The position numbers and the translations under genes are program-made. Positions 1-12,762 of a stretch of DNA of 64,000 nucleotides are shown piece by piece (positions within the stretch are counted from its first letter, which is position 1; each line of letters starts with the position of its first letter). The stretch comes from Macrostomum lignano (lineage: Eukaryota). The DNA is taken from assembly GCA_002269645.1 (NCBI GenBank), contig NIVC01000142.1:558001-622000 (forward strand), written 5' to 3'. Under the pieces are notes generated by a model, which saw only the letters and a program-made list of their open reading frames with translations, ran no database searches and was not told the DNA's origin.

Positions 1-229
1 ACAGCTAAAAAATATATTCATTCACTCAATATTCACGCAAAAGTTTTGTATAAAAACACGGGTATTGAGATTAACTCTTTAAATTATTTTTGATTTAAAT
101 AACACCTACAAGTTCCATAAAAAACAAACTACAGCAGCCCTGGACAGGCCAGCTTGGCTGCTGTCAAAATGCGAGCAGAGTTGCGCAGAACAGCCCGCGC
201 GTCCTTGAGGGTCCGAAATCTCTGCGTCT

Positions 230-1290
230 CTTAGAAGCATGCAAGTCGACAAAACGCAGACTTCTCGCCTGACCAAGCCGCCGCGGTCCTTGAAGGGAGA
301 GAGCAGCAGCACGTCCTGCAGCGGCTCAGGACAGTACTGTTCTGCTCGGATGACGTGGCCGCCGCCAGCAGTAGGCGCCGGATGCGCAGCTCAGCTGGCA
401 TGGTCGGAAGAGCCGGGCCCGACGGTATAGCTCGTCATTGCTGGTGCTGGTGGTGGCGGTCGGCGAGTAGTGGACACCTAAGGCGGCTCGCAGAAGTCCA
501 GCGTGAGCGGTGTCGAGTTGCCGCTCCTGCGGGTCAGTGTCCACGTTTCAGCATTGTAAAGATCAGGAAAGCTTCTACTCGTATGACTGCCTGGAACAGC
601 CGCCCTCTCAGCCGATCCGGCAGCGTGGGGCACTGCAGGACAGTCCGCACTGTGCGAAATGCACCCCCCCCCAAGGCATGCGCCCTGCACCGTGCCACAT
701 CGTCTATGTTGCTTGGCACAAGACCGCCGATAGATGAACTCTTTGCAGCGAGGCAGCAACGCCGCCTGCCCTTTCGGACGGTCAGCACCATTTTGGTGTA
801 CACGGACAGTCCAATCGCAACGGCCGCCGCCGTCATCTGGTCTAGCAGGCGTTGAGCTCCTTCATCTGAGCTAGACAGCAGCGCTAGGTCGTACGCGTAC
901 GCTAGGATGGAGAGTCGCTTCTCGGGGTGTCGCCTGCTTGTTCTGCGGCAGAGAAAGAATCCGTTGGAGTCGTCAGGGAGGCCGGTGCGCAGTGCCCGTC
1001 TCCTGGTACAGAGCCAACACAGCCGTCACCAGTTGCTCAGGTAAGTGATACGCGCGCAGGATGGTCGTGATGACCCGCCTCATCACCGAGTCAAAGGCCT
1101 TCAGGAATTCCACGAAGATGCAAATGGTGGCTGGCCAAAATCCGTTCTGCGGGTCCAGCATCGGCTTCAGCCGCGACAGCCGAACCCTGTTAAACAGCTT
1201 AGCCATGCAGGGCATTAGTGAAATCCCGTGATACTCTCTTCTCTTCGATCTTGACGGAGCCTGGTTTCTTTGGGATCCCAACGATATGCG
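230..1290 (-). mobile_element. Degenerate non-LTR retrotransposon (RTE-like LINE) ORF2 remnant
   Basis: ORF 973..1374 reads 'AKLFNRVRLSRLKPMLDPQNGF...FVEFLKAFDSV...ILRAYHLPEQLVTAVLALYQET' (RT N-terminal motifs). Downstream minus-strand pieces give 'GAFRTVRTVLQCPTLPDRLRGRLFQAVI' and, across frameshifts, 'RR..LAGHVIRAEQYCPEPLQDVLLL', typical of the LINE ORF2 C-terminus. Multiple frameshifts and deletions. Confidence 0.75.
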
Positions 1291-1841
1291 CAGTCCGTCA
1301 CTCTGCAGGGCGCCAGCACCAGGGGCGCCAGCACCAGGGGCGCCGCCAAGGACTACTAAAGCTACTATGTACATGTTACTTTAGTCGTCCTTGAGTGCAG
1401 CGCATGCGATTGATTATTCCATGCCTACAGAGACATTGTCGGAACTCTGTTAAAGCATCATATAAGACTTCCAAAAAACCCTTGTGTTTTGCACTTCATG
1501 TCGTACATGCAATTATCGCAATCAGTTTTTTAATGCAAATAGTCAGATGGATGCTCTTACTACACCGATGGATCGTACTATACTGATACTCCAGATCGTT
1601 CTGAGAGCTGGGCTGGCTACTCAGGAGATTAGGTTTCAGACAACGCCAGAAAGATGGTGCATATACAGCTGCTAGCAAATGTTAAAATTGCTATTGTACC
1701 AGCGTACACTCATGGGTACAGGGTGAGTCTCTGCCCTACCCCCAGTTGAAAGCGATACTCAGCTAAGGAATAAATTAGCGGCTAGCTAATTAACGAAATA
1801 CTAATTTGTAACGGAATATCCTGCGACTTAACATCTCAGAA

Positions 1842-4800
1842 ATGCCCTTAAAGCTAAAGAACCTGTTTATCGGCATCGTCTCGGCGGGCCTGATAGCCGC
1901 CCTGGCCCTGCTCGGCCTGTCAATCTGGGTTGTCAGCGTCGCTCACGGCCCGCTGTTCGAGCTGATGCAGCTGCTAATGCAGGACCTGCATCCGGTAGGC
2001 GGTTTGAAACTGGCATGGGCTCCGCAAACTCTTCTTGTAGTAGGAGGAATCAACGTGGTTTTAAGCATTTTCTCCATTGCTTGCGGGCTGCTCAGCTGGT
2101 ACGAATGGAGGACCGACAAGGAGCGCGTGATTGTAAGTCATATCGCCTCACTCTTGTACATTGCATGTAGCTTTAACGTACACACACATGCATAGGTATA
2201 CATTGATGATCTTGGGTCATTGGGGTCATTGAATTGCATGCCATGATGTCTATGTCCGAAACCATGCTAGCTTCTGCTGCTTATGCGAGGGGAGCCCAAC
2301 TACAGTAATGGTTCTAATTCATTTCTGCCTGGCACTTTAGTCTGTGGTAATAACGGGCCGTTCTTAAACTGTAGTTTTTTCGCATTAGCTTGAGAGAATC
2401 CTCAAGAAAAGAGCCTATAATATTTATACACGTAAACAATCTCCACTGGCGACATTACTGACCTGGATAGTGCTGAATTTAAATTCATGTCCAAACAGTG
2501 CTCATGAGCCCGTAAAGGTCTTGACCCCAATTACCCCGATAACTTATGGAATCCGGAAGTTTCATATCGCGCGTAGAGACACGCGTTATTTGATGTTCAT
2601 TGTCAATGAAATATTCAGGATTTAGCGACGTTCTGGTATTGACGTATATTTAATAAATGTACTTTTGTTATGCTAGCTAATAGCTCGTAACCATGGATGA
2701 AGGAAGTTGAACTTTTGTTTTCTACGCTGAACAATGCCATAGACTAAAACCGCGGGCACACATTGGATAAATAATCAGGGGTCCCATTGCGTGACAACCC
2801 ATAGACAATTCGTTGTCACGTGCTGCGACCGCTGATTCTTTGCATCGTTTTTCTGTTTGACGATCCTACAGACAATGCATTGTTTGTATTAATGGATTGT
2901 TCTGCATTAAAAATGTGAATAATGATCGTCAAGTTGCACAAAACCGTGCAGGAATGCATTTCTGCGCCTAATGTTTTTTCAGTGAGATTTTACCATAGAC
3001 ATCCATTCCTGCACGCAAAAGAGTGCAAGAATGCCACATTCCTGCATGGAAAATCAGCCGACAATGACGATTCTGAGCGGACCGCAAAAATCATAAGGAC
3101 AAGAAACCGTATACAGAAATCGAAACTCTTAGCAGCCACCTCGACCTTAGCATTCTAAAAATAGCATTAATGAGAAAAGCAGAACTTTCGGTTTCTTAAT
3201 TAAGAAGCTTGAGATAAGCAAAATGGGAAGTAAAAGTAAAATCAGAGATTGGGGAAATTTCGACCTTACGAAAGCGTTCGTTGCTTCGAAACTCTCGAAT
3301 GACATGTTTTGTCAGTAATCCCTCTTTTGATTTTCAGAGTCCCATACTGATGGCGCTTCCCAGCATCCTGGGCTTTGTCAGCATTGGCTTCATGGACAGC
3401 TTCGGCATCAGCCATGACGTAGGCGTCAACAGCGGATTGAGCATGAGAACCAAGCTGGTGATTCTGGACAGGAACTACTTTCAACCGCTGAGCCTGGCAC
3501 TGAAGCAGAACTCTACTACCGAGGCCAAAGTCACCATGATGATTAACCACATGCAAGTGCAGGTAATTTGGAGTTCTTATGTTAATTTGTTGTGGGTGGG
3601 TCTGCATTGAGGTTGGTAGAGCATCTTGAGAACCATACAGGGGAGGTCAATGAAGGTCAAGTCAGAAGTCCTGCAGGGATTAGAGGAACCATGCAGAATC
3701 ATTACAGAAATCTCAGAAACCGTGCAAGCTGAAGTGGATTTAGAGTTTAATAATAAAGCCAGTCGACAATGTAATTACCTCAGCCAAGCAATTGTTGAAC
3801 AATTAACTCATATGCTACAGTTCGAATGCTGCGGAACGAACGGCCCGTCAGACATCACCGGCAACAACACCCTGTGGAGCAGGTCTTCGCCAACCTACAA
3901 CGGCACCCGACAGGTGATACCAGTGAGCTGCTGCCCGATGCTGTCAAAGAGAGCCGGCCTGCTAAGAGACGGATATTGGAACTCCGTTGGGTCGTATTTG
4001 CTGGATCCTGGCTGCCCGAACACAGGCCGCAGCCCTCACAGTCAGGTAAGTGGAAACTGTGTCATCTGATGGACTATGCTTAGCACAGTTACATTTATAG
4101 GGAAATGATGCTCCTCATGAGTATAAATTTGTTTGAAGAGACGACAGCAAAGACATAAATGCAACTACTGCATGTATCTACGAGGTACGTCCTGAATCGG
4201 CAAATTCCAGGCAGCGGAGCCTTTCGACCCTAGGGTCCTTGGAAACTTCACTATAGCAATACCGCTCAGCGTTTGTGTCTCTTCTCTCATCTCTCTTCCT
4301 CAATTCCTCTCTTACCGTAGCCACCGAGGAGGACAAGGGACATGTCCCCCCACCCAGTAAAAGCTAAGGGCCAATGCTTTGTCCCCCCGCCCGTGAGACC
4401 AATTATGGAAACCAGTAATATTACTCCAGGGCGCCGAAATGGGTGCGTTAAAATGAGTGCTGACAACACCGATTTTAAAAATGTAGAAATTTAGTAATTT
4501 AGAATTCTTGACTTTGCCCTCCGCCATAAAATCCATGGCGACGCCCCTGCTTCTCCCTCTCCCTCTCCCATCTGGCCCGCAGCCAAGAGCTAGCTCATCT
4601 GGCCCTCGAGCTAATTACTCTCCGACCCTCCGACCCCTCATCTACCTCATACACACAGACTCGTACTGAAGCTATGGATATACTGTACCGGTATCAATCT
4701 GGCTTGAAAAATTCCTACAGTTAACAGCAGCTTTAATTAGCAATATTCCTGTCAAAACCGTTGAGACCCGTCGAGATGCATCGGATGGTATCGAGCTACT

Positions 4801-6411
4801 GTATATAGTTATAATAGTCCGCTTAAGCTTAGGAATTGCGCTCAGCTCAGCGCTCGAAATGGACCGAACTAACAAAACAGATAGCGAGCCCACCGCCTCC
4901 AGACTCGCAGTGCAGCATGAAGGGCGAGCGCTTGGGCAATAGCAAGCAAAGAGAGTACACCTGCTCGAGTTTGAAGTCTATGCTACCTCTATGCGTAGCC
5001 AACCCCCTCTGCTCAAGACTGCTTGACAATAGATGCGCAGAGTAATGCTATTCTCCTGCTCACAACAGTAATTGGCTCAGGCCATCCAGCGAATTAATAT
5101 TGCTGTTACTGTAAGCGGATAGCGACATGGTGCGCCACTAAAATCAGTCAGGGAGCAGTAGTATCCAAGGATTCTTTGGACAGACGAAACCGGCTTTATT
5201 TGCTTTTGAATGTTGCGTAGAAATGAAAGCCATATAGATCGATATTGCGTCCTCGAAAAGGGGGATGCCAATTCTCAAGCTGAGTCGCTTTTATAAGCTC
5301 AAAATGTCACATCGTCGAAATGTCAGACACTTTCACTAGAGCGAAAGTTCACAAGCTTGAACTTTTATTCTATCGAATTAGTGAACCATATCGATTATGT
5401 GAAATTTCACGCCTGTGAAAATGTCTGAATTTTTTTCAACGATTTTTATATCCATGCAGAGCTAGTTGAGCACTTTTGAATTTGTTAAGCAGTGATCAAA
5501 TATGATATCAATCACATTCAATGCACTAGTAATGATCTCAAAGAATACGCCTGCCACCACGCATTCCGAAAGCAGCTGACACGATGTGAACCGCGATATG
5601 CGACGCTGCAGTGCTTCAGGGAAACAATTGAATTATTGAATCGTTGTTAGATTTGGCTGTTGTCATTTGACTGCGTCCTTGTGCCGGAGTGTGTTAAAAA
5701 GCGCTTGACTAAGGGATTGCAATCTTAGGGATTACAAAGTTTTGACAAACTGACACAATTTGACCAACTGCTTGGATTTAGATAGAAAATTACCGTAGAT
5801 ACGAGCGTAGAAATGGGGGTTGTAGCTTAGTGGTCAGAGCGTCGGACTCACGACTGGAAGGTCGGGGGTTCGATTTCCTAACCCACTGGGAACAATTTGT
5901 GTCCTTGAGTAAGATACTTAACTCTGCATTGTTTCAGTTCAGCTGGGGTATTGAGGGTGTGTGTGGCGACCCCCCCCCCCCCCCCAGTCCTTGGACTGAA
6001 CAGCCGTACGCAGCCTTCAGATGCGCCGCGCAATAGCTGCGGCTGAGCTGTCGGTTGCACATCTGACCATTGAGGCAGGTGTAATCAATTATTATTATTA
6101 TTAGATCGAAAACGGAGTAGCTTAGTAAATATGTACGTAGTTGTCAGTGAAATCTTAAAAATTCGCCACAAAACAATTGCAGGGCTGTTACGATTATCTG
6201 AAGAGAACGTCTGCCGAATACTATTATTCCGTCCATACGTTCTCCATCTTCGTGACGAGTGTCAATGTGAGTATTTATAAATCGTGTTTGCCGATCAAAT
6301 GACATTCAAGTAAGCCACTAATACAGGTTTATCACAAAACTCTGCTCCTCTGCATTTCAGATCATATGCTTCATAATTTGGTTTGTGAATTCCTTTGCTA
6401 AACAAAGCTGA
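1842..6411 (+). CDS. Tetraspanin-family protein, copy 1 (291 aa, 5 coding exons)
   Basis: Exons 1842-2132, 3338-3562, 3821-4045, 6183-6266, 6361-6411, all phase 0 with GT-AG introns, join into an open frame ending in TGA. Four hydrophobic segments; the large extracellular loop has FECCG, PVSCC, PGCP and GCY (6 Cys). Confidence 0.88.
2935..3068. repeat. Dispersed repeat fragment built on TGCAGGAATG/CATTCCTGCA motifs
   Basis: Near-identical to about 10507-10635, where the copy extends back to about 10315 with the motif in both orientations. Confidence 0.6.
4316..4548. mobile_element. Small MITE-like insertion in tetraspanin copy 1 intron 3
   Basis: Present in copy 1 and absent from the aligned CT-rich stretch of copy 2 (about 9530-9560). 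Right end TGGCGACGCCCCTG with a degenerate left end ACCGTAGCCA. Confidence 0.4.
5815..6103 (+). mobile_element. tRNA-derived SINE with CORE-like body and (TTA)n tail
   Basis: A-box TAGCTTAGTGG and B-box GGTTCGATT, then GTGTCCTTGAGTAAGATACTTAACTCTGCATTGTTTCAGTT resembling the CORE consensus, then a (TTA)5 tail. Absent from the equivalent intron of copy 2. Confidence 0.8.
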
Positions 6412-7700
6412 GGCTTGAACTGCACGCCAAAATAAACTCATTCGATAACTCACTCTTCCTTGGGAATTAAAAACAGATGATTTATTTCGTTTTTTTTCAT
6501 ACAGTACGGCTTGACAATTTCATGCATATCCACTATTAACATATTACTGTCTCTATAATCCTCATACGGTGAGGTACGATTGCTCAAAAAATAATTTCAT
6601 AAAATAATTTAAGTTCTACAAAAGATGGTTAACCTTCTAAGTTCGATTTTTATCACATTACGTGATTGGCTTTCATTTGTTCATTGCGGCGTGATTATCC
6701 TCGATCATTTTACTCCTTTTCCCCTTCATTTTTCTAAGTTTTGAGTAAGAAATTTATCTACTGATATTCCCACAACTAAAGGCTACTAATAGTAGTGTCA
6801 AGGCAAATCTGCGCTACCTGTAATAATAAACCCTGCTATTGTGCCCAACTCACCTGGGAATTGGAAAGAGTAGCTTGTATCATTCCCTAAACTGACCAAA
6901 GCTATGGATTCGCTATTTTGTTTGAGACTATTCATATTTTAACCACTTCCATAAACTATAAATGTCAAAATTAATTGGAGAACTGCGCTCTGATCTTTGG
7001 AAGCTGATGGCCGCTGACTTTTCTTACTAAATAAAAAATTTCTAGCTTCTAAAATTCTAAAAGTTTCTAAGCTTCTAAATATGTAACTGAGACGCACGTA
7101 TTTTTAGTTTTGATTTTTACCATAACTAACCCATGCGAAATTTGATTAAATATATTCAATAATTTAACCATCATAGCTTAATAAAAAGAATGAACCCAGC
7201 TTTTATAAAAAAATAAAGCCCCCTTTTACGAGGTCACAAATAGTTAAATCAACAAATTATTTAAGCCTTAATTTTTGTACCTGTAGGATAAGACTATCGT
7301 GGTGCATTATGACGTAATCATCTATAACTGGATTTAAATTAGCTTAGTAAATTAATTTTCTACATTAAATAATAAAACAATTTGAATCCAACTTAGTAAA
7401 AGAGATTGTAGTCACGACGGTATTAAGGTCGTATCTTATAACGCTCGTAAATGCAGCCTCCTTCATACTATGATAAGGCATTGAGACACAGTGCGTTCGG
7501 CGCGGGCGGTGACGCAATGTATAGCAGCAAGTTGCGAAAATTACGAGTGTACTATTGTACTCGTGTGTGCACTAAGTGAGTCTTCAACCCCCCCCCCCTG
7601 AGCTAAAAGCGTCAGTGAGCAAAGAATAATGAATATAAATTTTTACCGGATTTCTCGCCACTTAGCAGATTTCTCTAAAACTGTTTCACACGTCTCAGAA

Positions 7701-10700
7701 ATGTCTCAGCAATGGATAAAGAATCTGTTTTTTGTCATCATATCGGCGGGCCTGATAGCCGCCCTGGCCCTGTTCGGCCTGTCAATCTGGGTTGTCAGCG
7801 TCGCTCACGGCCCGCTGTTCGAGCTGATGCAGCTGCTAATGCAGGACCTGTACCCGGAGGGCGGCTTGAAATTGTCAGGGGCTCCGCAAACTCTCCTTGT
7901 AGTGGGCGGAATCAACGTGGTTTTAAGCGTTTTCTCCATCGCTTGCGGGCTGCTCAGCTGGTACGAACGGAGGACCAACAAGGAGCGCGTGATTGTAAGT
8001 CATGATCTTGGGTCAGGTGAGCTAGTTGTTTCAGGACAGAAGAATACTACCTTTAGGGCTCGTATAGTTCCACTTTTGACTTGAAGCCTCACTAATATAC
8101 GAAATGTTGGCAGCAGACAGGCAATGCCACGTGGTGTCTATGTCTGAAACCATGTTTCTGCTTCTTATACATGTAGAGTCTAACAAACAAACTGTATTGA
8201 GAAACCGAAAGTCCAAACCACGGAGTATAGGACGCACCCAGAATGCACAACCGGCATTTCCTTGCGCTGAAAATTGAAACAAAATGTCCTTCTTCCCTTC
8301 AGTTGCAACAGAAGAGTAATTTATGTGCGAGTTCATGGCTACTACAGCTATCTGACTCGGCTGCAATCAGCTCAGCTCCAGTGGTTAATATGGAGATTCT
8401 TCTTTTTATGGTTTTTCAACCAGAAATTAGTTTAAGCAGTATTTAGCATTTAGCATTAAGCTCTGAAGAGAGTATCTCAATAACTCTAATTAAGCACAAT
8501 GTAAAGGTACAATCTGAGCTCGGGGAAATTTCGACCTTACGAAAGCGATCGTTGCTTAGAAACACTCGAATTGCATTTTCAATTTTGGTCAGTAATAACT
8601 CATGAAATCTTTAGAGTCCAATACTGATGGCGCTGCCCAGCATTCTGGGCTTTGTCAGCATTGGCTTCATGGACAGCTTCGGCATCAGCCATGACGTAGG
8701 CGTCAACAGCGGGTTGATCATGAGAACCAAGCTGATGATTCTGGACAGGAACTACTTTCAACCGCTGAGCCTGGCGCTGAAGCAGAACTCTACTACCGAG
8801 GCCAAAGTCACCATGATGATTAACCACATGCAAGTGCAGGCAAGTTGGGGGTTCAATTATGTTAATTTTTTGTGGGTGGGTCTTCATTGAGGTTGGAGGG
8901 GACGATTTGGGAACCACCCAGGGGAGGTCAATGAAGGTCAGGTCAGAAGTATCATGCAAAATCCTTACCAAAATCTCAGAAAATTTGCAAGCGTATTTGC
9001 GTACATATTCCTCAGAAGTGAATTTAGAGTTTGATAAAACCGGTCGACAATGTAATACCTCAGCCAAGCAATTGTTGAACAATAAATTCATCCAGTTCGA
9101 ATGCTGCGGAACAAACGGCTACTGGGACATCACCGGCAACACCACCCTGTGGCACAAGTCCTCACCAACCTACAAGGGCATCCGGCAGGTGTTGCCAGTG
9201 AGTTGTTGCCCGATGCAGTCAAAGAGAGCGGGTCTGCTCAAGGACAGCAATTGGAACTCCGTTGGATCGTATTTGCTGGACCCCGAGTGTCCTAACACAG
9301 GCCGTTATCCGCACAGAAAGGTAATTAGAAACTATGCCAGTAAGCATTCTCACAGATTACGATTCATGCAGTAGTGAAATAGTTCTGCTTTTGTGTACAA
9401 ATTTATCTGAAGAGACGACCCCAAAAACCTCTACACGCCCGTTGATCGGACAACCCGAGAAGGCCCGCGAAGCCAGCTCCCTATCCGGCCCTCGTGTTCT
9501 TTGAAACTTTACAATAGCCATCTTTCAAATAGATCTCTTCTCTCCTCTTTTCTCTCCCATCTGGTCTGCAGCCTGGAGCTATAGCTAATTCTTTATCTGG
9601 CCTCGGGGTTGAAAATCATAGAGTTTGCCGGACCCTGATGCTGATCTACACACAGGCTCGCACAAGCTACGGTTAAACTGTACCTGTACGAGTATCTGGC
9701 AAGAAGGATTACTAAGTGTTAGGAACCCAACCGCGGTCTGTAGTAATATTTCTGTGAAAAGCCTTGAGGCTTGGTTCGCTTGCATTGTAAGATCTTTCAT
9801 CGGGAACGCGCAGGACCCATGCACTCAGCTCAGCGCTCGAAATGGATACAGATAGCAAAAGATAGCTAACAAAATAGATGGCGAGCCCACCGCCTCAAGG
9901 CGCAGGCAGACTCGCAGTGCAGCACGAAGAGCGAGCGCTTGGACAATAGCAGGTAAAGATCGAGTACAGCTGCTCGAGCTCGGCCCATTATAACCTCTAC
10001 GCGTAACCAACCTCCCTCTGCGTGAGACTGCTTTGACAATAGATTCGCAGAGCAAAGCTATTCTCCTGCTCACAACAGTAATTGGCTCATGCCATCCAGC
10101 CCGAATTAATATTGTAGTTAATACGTATTGTTGTTACTCTAAGCGGATAGCGGCAGGATGCGCCGTTCAAATCAGTCAGGAAAGCATTTTTTGGACAGAC
10201 AGACGAAACCCGCTTTATTAGCTTTGATTGGGCAGGACTTTTTCATGTTAAGTTTTGTTAAGGTTATTGAATAAATACAACTAAATAATCAAATACATAT
10301 AAATAAATTGTTTGCGTGCAGGAACGGAGAGTGTCATTCCTGCACGATGTCCATGTGTAAAACAGTGGAGATTTGGCCATAGATTATTTCATTCCTGCAC
10401 GACTGCCTTCATTCCCGCACGCTGGCTCAAATAAGAATGATATATTCCTTCACGCACGAGTGAACGTGAAGGAATTCCATTGTCGGATGATTCATCGTGC
10501 AGGAATGCACAAAACCGTGCAGGAATGCATTTCTGCGCCTAATGCTTTTTCAGTGAGATTTTACCATAGACATCCATTCCTGCACGCAAAAGAGTGCAAG
10601 AATGCCATTCTTGCATGGAAAATCAGCCGACAATGAAACCCCGCCGCTGACAATATTGTGTCCTCAAAAGGCGATGCCAACTTAAGCCATAGCGGAAGGT

Positions 10701-11537
10701 CGCTTCCCATAAGCCAAAAAAATCATATTGTCGAAGATAGCTAGTAAACTTCGCAGGACTTGAAACTTCACATCGTCGAAACTAGTTTAAGTTGTAAAGT
10801 TAACGGAATTGTGACTAGCAAGAGATTTAAACGGTCGAAAATGTGAAATTTGCGCTTGTGAAAATGTCTCTCTCTGAAACCGGCACTCTTTACAGGGTCT
10901 AGAGTTGGTTTGAGTAGATTACATGTATGACATTCAGAGTACACACATTAGATCACCAACACTCAAGACTTGCTATCAAGTATATTTAATGTACTTCTAT
11001 GGTCAACCTGTCACGGCAGCTTGTGCGCATCCCACAAGCAGCCGACGCGGTGTAAAAAGCGATATGCGACGCTCCAGTGCTTCAGGGAATCGAAATTTGA
11101 CTGCTGTCATTTGCCTGTGCCCGTCGGAGTATGAAGTTCTTGCGCAGACTTTTGAAAGGATTATGAAATGCATGACACACATTGACTAACTGCATGCTTT
11201 GATTTAGATAAAAAACTGAGTGACAGTAAATGTACATTGTTGCCAGTGAAATCATGAAAAATTCACGTTGTAACTAATGGCTTAAAAATTCTACAATCGC
11301 AGGGCTGCTACGATGCTCTGAAGAGAACGGCTGCCAAATACTATTATTCGATCCATACGTTCTCCATCTTCGTGACAAGTGTCAATGTGAGTATTTAAAT
11401 TGTATTTGCCAATCAAATGATGTGCCAAGCATAGCTGCTAATGCAATATACGGCTGGTAGTAACAAGACCAAGTTCCTCGGCATTTCAGATCATATGCTT
11501 CGTAATTTGGTTTGTTAAAAAAATGACGGCAACCTGA
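7701..11537 (+). CDS. Tetraspanin-family protein, copy 2 (291 aa, 5 coding exons; intron 2 is GC-AG)
   Basis: Exons 7701-7994, 8615-8839, 9096-9320, 11303-11386, 11490-11537. Same phases and nearly identical exon lengths as copy 1; FECCG, PVSCC, PECP and GCY motifs; open frame ending in TGA. Confidence 0.87.
10315..10635. repeat. Dispersed repeat/MITE fragment with TGCAGGAATG/CATTCCTGCA motifs
   Basis: Its 3' part is shared with 2935-3068; the motif occurs in both orientations. Confidence 0.55.
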
Positions 11538-11719
11538 AAAAAAAACGTATTCGATGGCTGACTTGTTGTTGCAATTCCTTTGCAAATCTAAAAATCGAAA
11601 TCTTTTTGTGTCAGCATGTACATTTAACGCCTTAACAACTATACCGGTATACTATTTATTTATTTTTTATCTATAATCCTTTAAGGACATGCAACTTCAC
11701 TGTTTTAGTGTTGAAAATC

Positions 11720-11950
11720 GTGAAATTTCCTATCTCCGTAGTGTATTTTTCCGGCGAAACCTGCCTTTAAAACTATTTCTGAACGAAAAGCTTTATGAAT
11801 ATCGATAGAGCAATAAGAAAGGCACAACATATCAAAAGATGAACACTGGATCTGCCTCCTATCAAAAGCAATAACAGTTTTTGTGCTGAAAAAATTAAAA
11901 CCTCCTATCTCTGTAGTGTATTTTTCGGCGAAAAGTTGCCTTCAAAACAT
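11720..11950. repeat. Dispersed repeat (unclassified, probably DNA-transposon derived)
   Basis: About 160 bp (AAAAGCTTTATGAATATCGATAGAGC...GATGAACACTGGATCTGCCTC...GTAGTGTATTTTT) recur at about 57035-57200. Internal direct repeat TCCTATCTCYGTAGTGTATTTTT. Confidence 0.65.
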
Positions 11951-12762
11951 TGTGACGTTGTCAGTTTAAGGTGGTCCCGAAAAGGGCCGTTGGACTGCTG
12001 TTTCTCTATAGTTTCAACCCTTCAGTTTCACCGTTTCAACTAAACTTTTCCATTTGTTTATTGCGACGTTTACTTGTAGTAGTGCCCAACGATTTTGTGG
12101 CAATTTCTAATTCACTGTATATTTTGCTATCCTCTCTCGCGACCGTATAAAATTGGCACGATCGATAATTTTAAGTTCTCTCGCCAGCCAATGAAATCAC
12201 TCGTGCTCGCGCTACCCCCCTCTGCGCTCTTTTATTAAACCCCCCGCCTGGCGGCGGGCACTCCTCTCTTCTCTCTCTCTCTCCTCTCTTGGTTTTCTTC
12301 CCTGCTGCCTCTTAGCTGTCTTATCTGTTTGTCTGGCTGCCTCGAGCCTCCTTATTTCTCACCACGGCCCCTCTGCCTGGGCCAGCCTGCTCACACACTT
12401 ACTTGACTGTCTCACGCCACGACCGACGCCAAACTCGCCACTACGTTTCACTGCCTTCACTGTGCTCATAGCCTCTGCTCTCGTCACATCGCCATTGTGT
12501 CATTCGCCTGCCACTTGACTTCATATCCAAATTATATTCAACCCATTGTTGCAGCCGCCAGTGCCCAGAAAGCTATAGTCTGTTTATTGCCAGTAACAAC
12601 CAAACTTAGTACTGATATTAACAATAAAGACAACTACGGCAGTTCCTGCCTTTATCGCCAAGTGCTCCGCTACACCATCCACTTCGCCTAAGTTGACTTC
12701 AACTTATTTTGGGACTAAAACGGCCCTTTTAAGGGTCACGGCCAACATCAAATAACGTGACA
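11951..12762. mobile_element. Solo LTR (Gypsy-like), 812 bp
   Basis: Ends TGTGACGTT...AACGTGACA (TG...CA), flanked by a 4-bp duplication ACAT (11947-11950, 12763-12766). No counterpart in the aligned copy 1 unit. AATAAA on the minus strand near 12231. Confidence 0.7.

Noticed and set aside
5815-5890. tRNA gene (apparent CAC anticodon loop)
   Set aside because: Acceptor and T stems pair poorly and the sequence runs into a CORE-like SINE body with a (TTA)n tail. The same applies to 48421.
6220-6236. 16-mer ACTATTATTCCGTCCA shared with the 33.8-kb palindrome spacer
   Set aside because: At 6220 it is coding sequence of tetraspanin exon 4 (YYYSVH), so the match is most likely chance.
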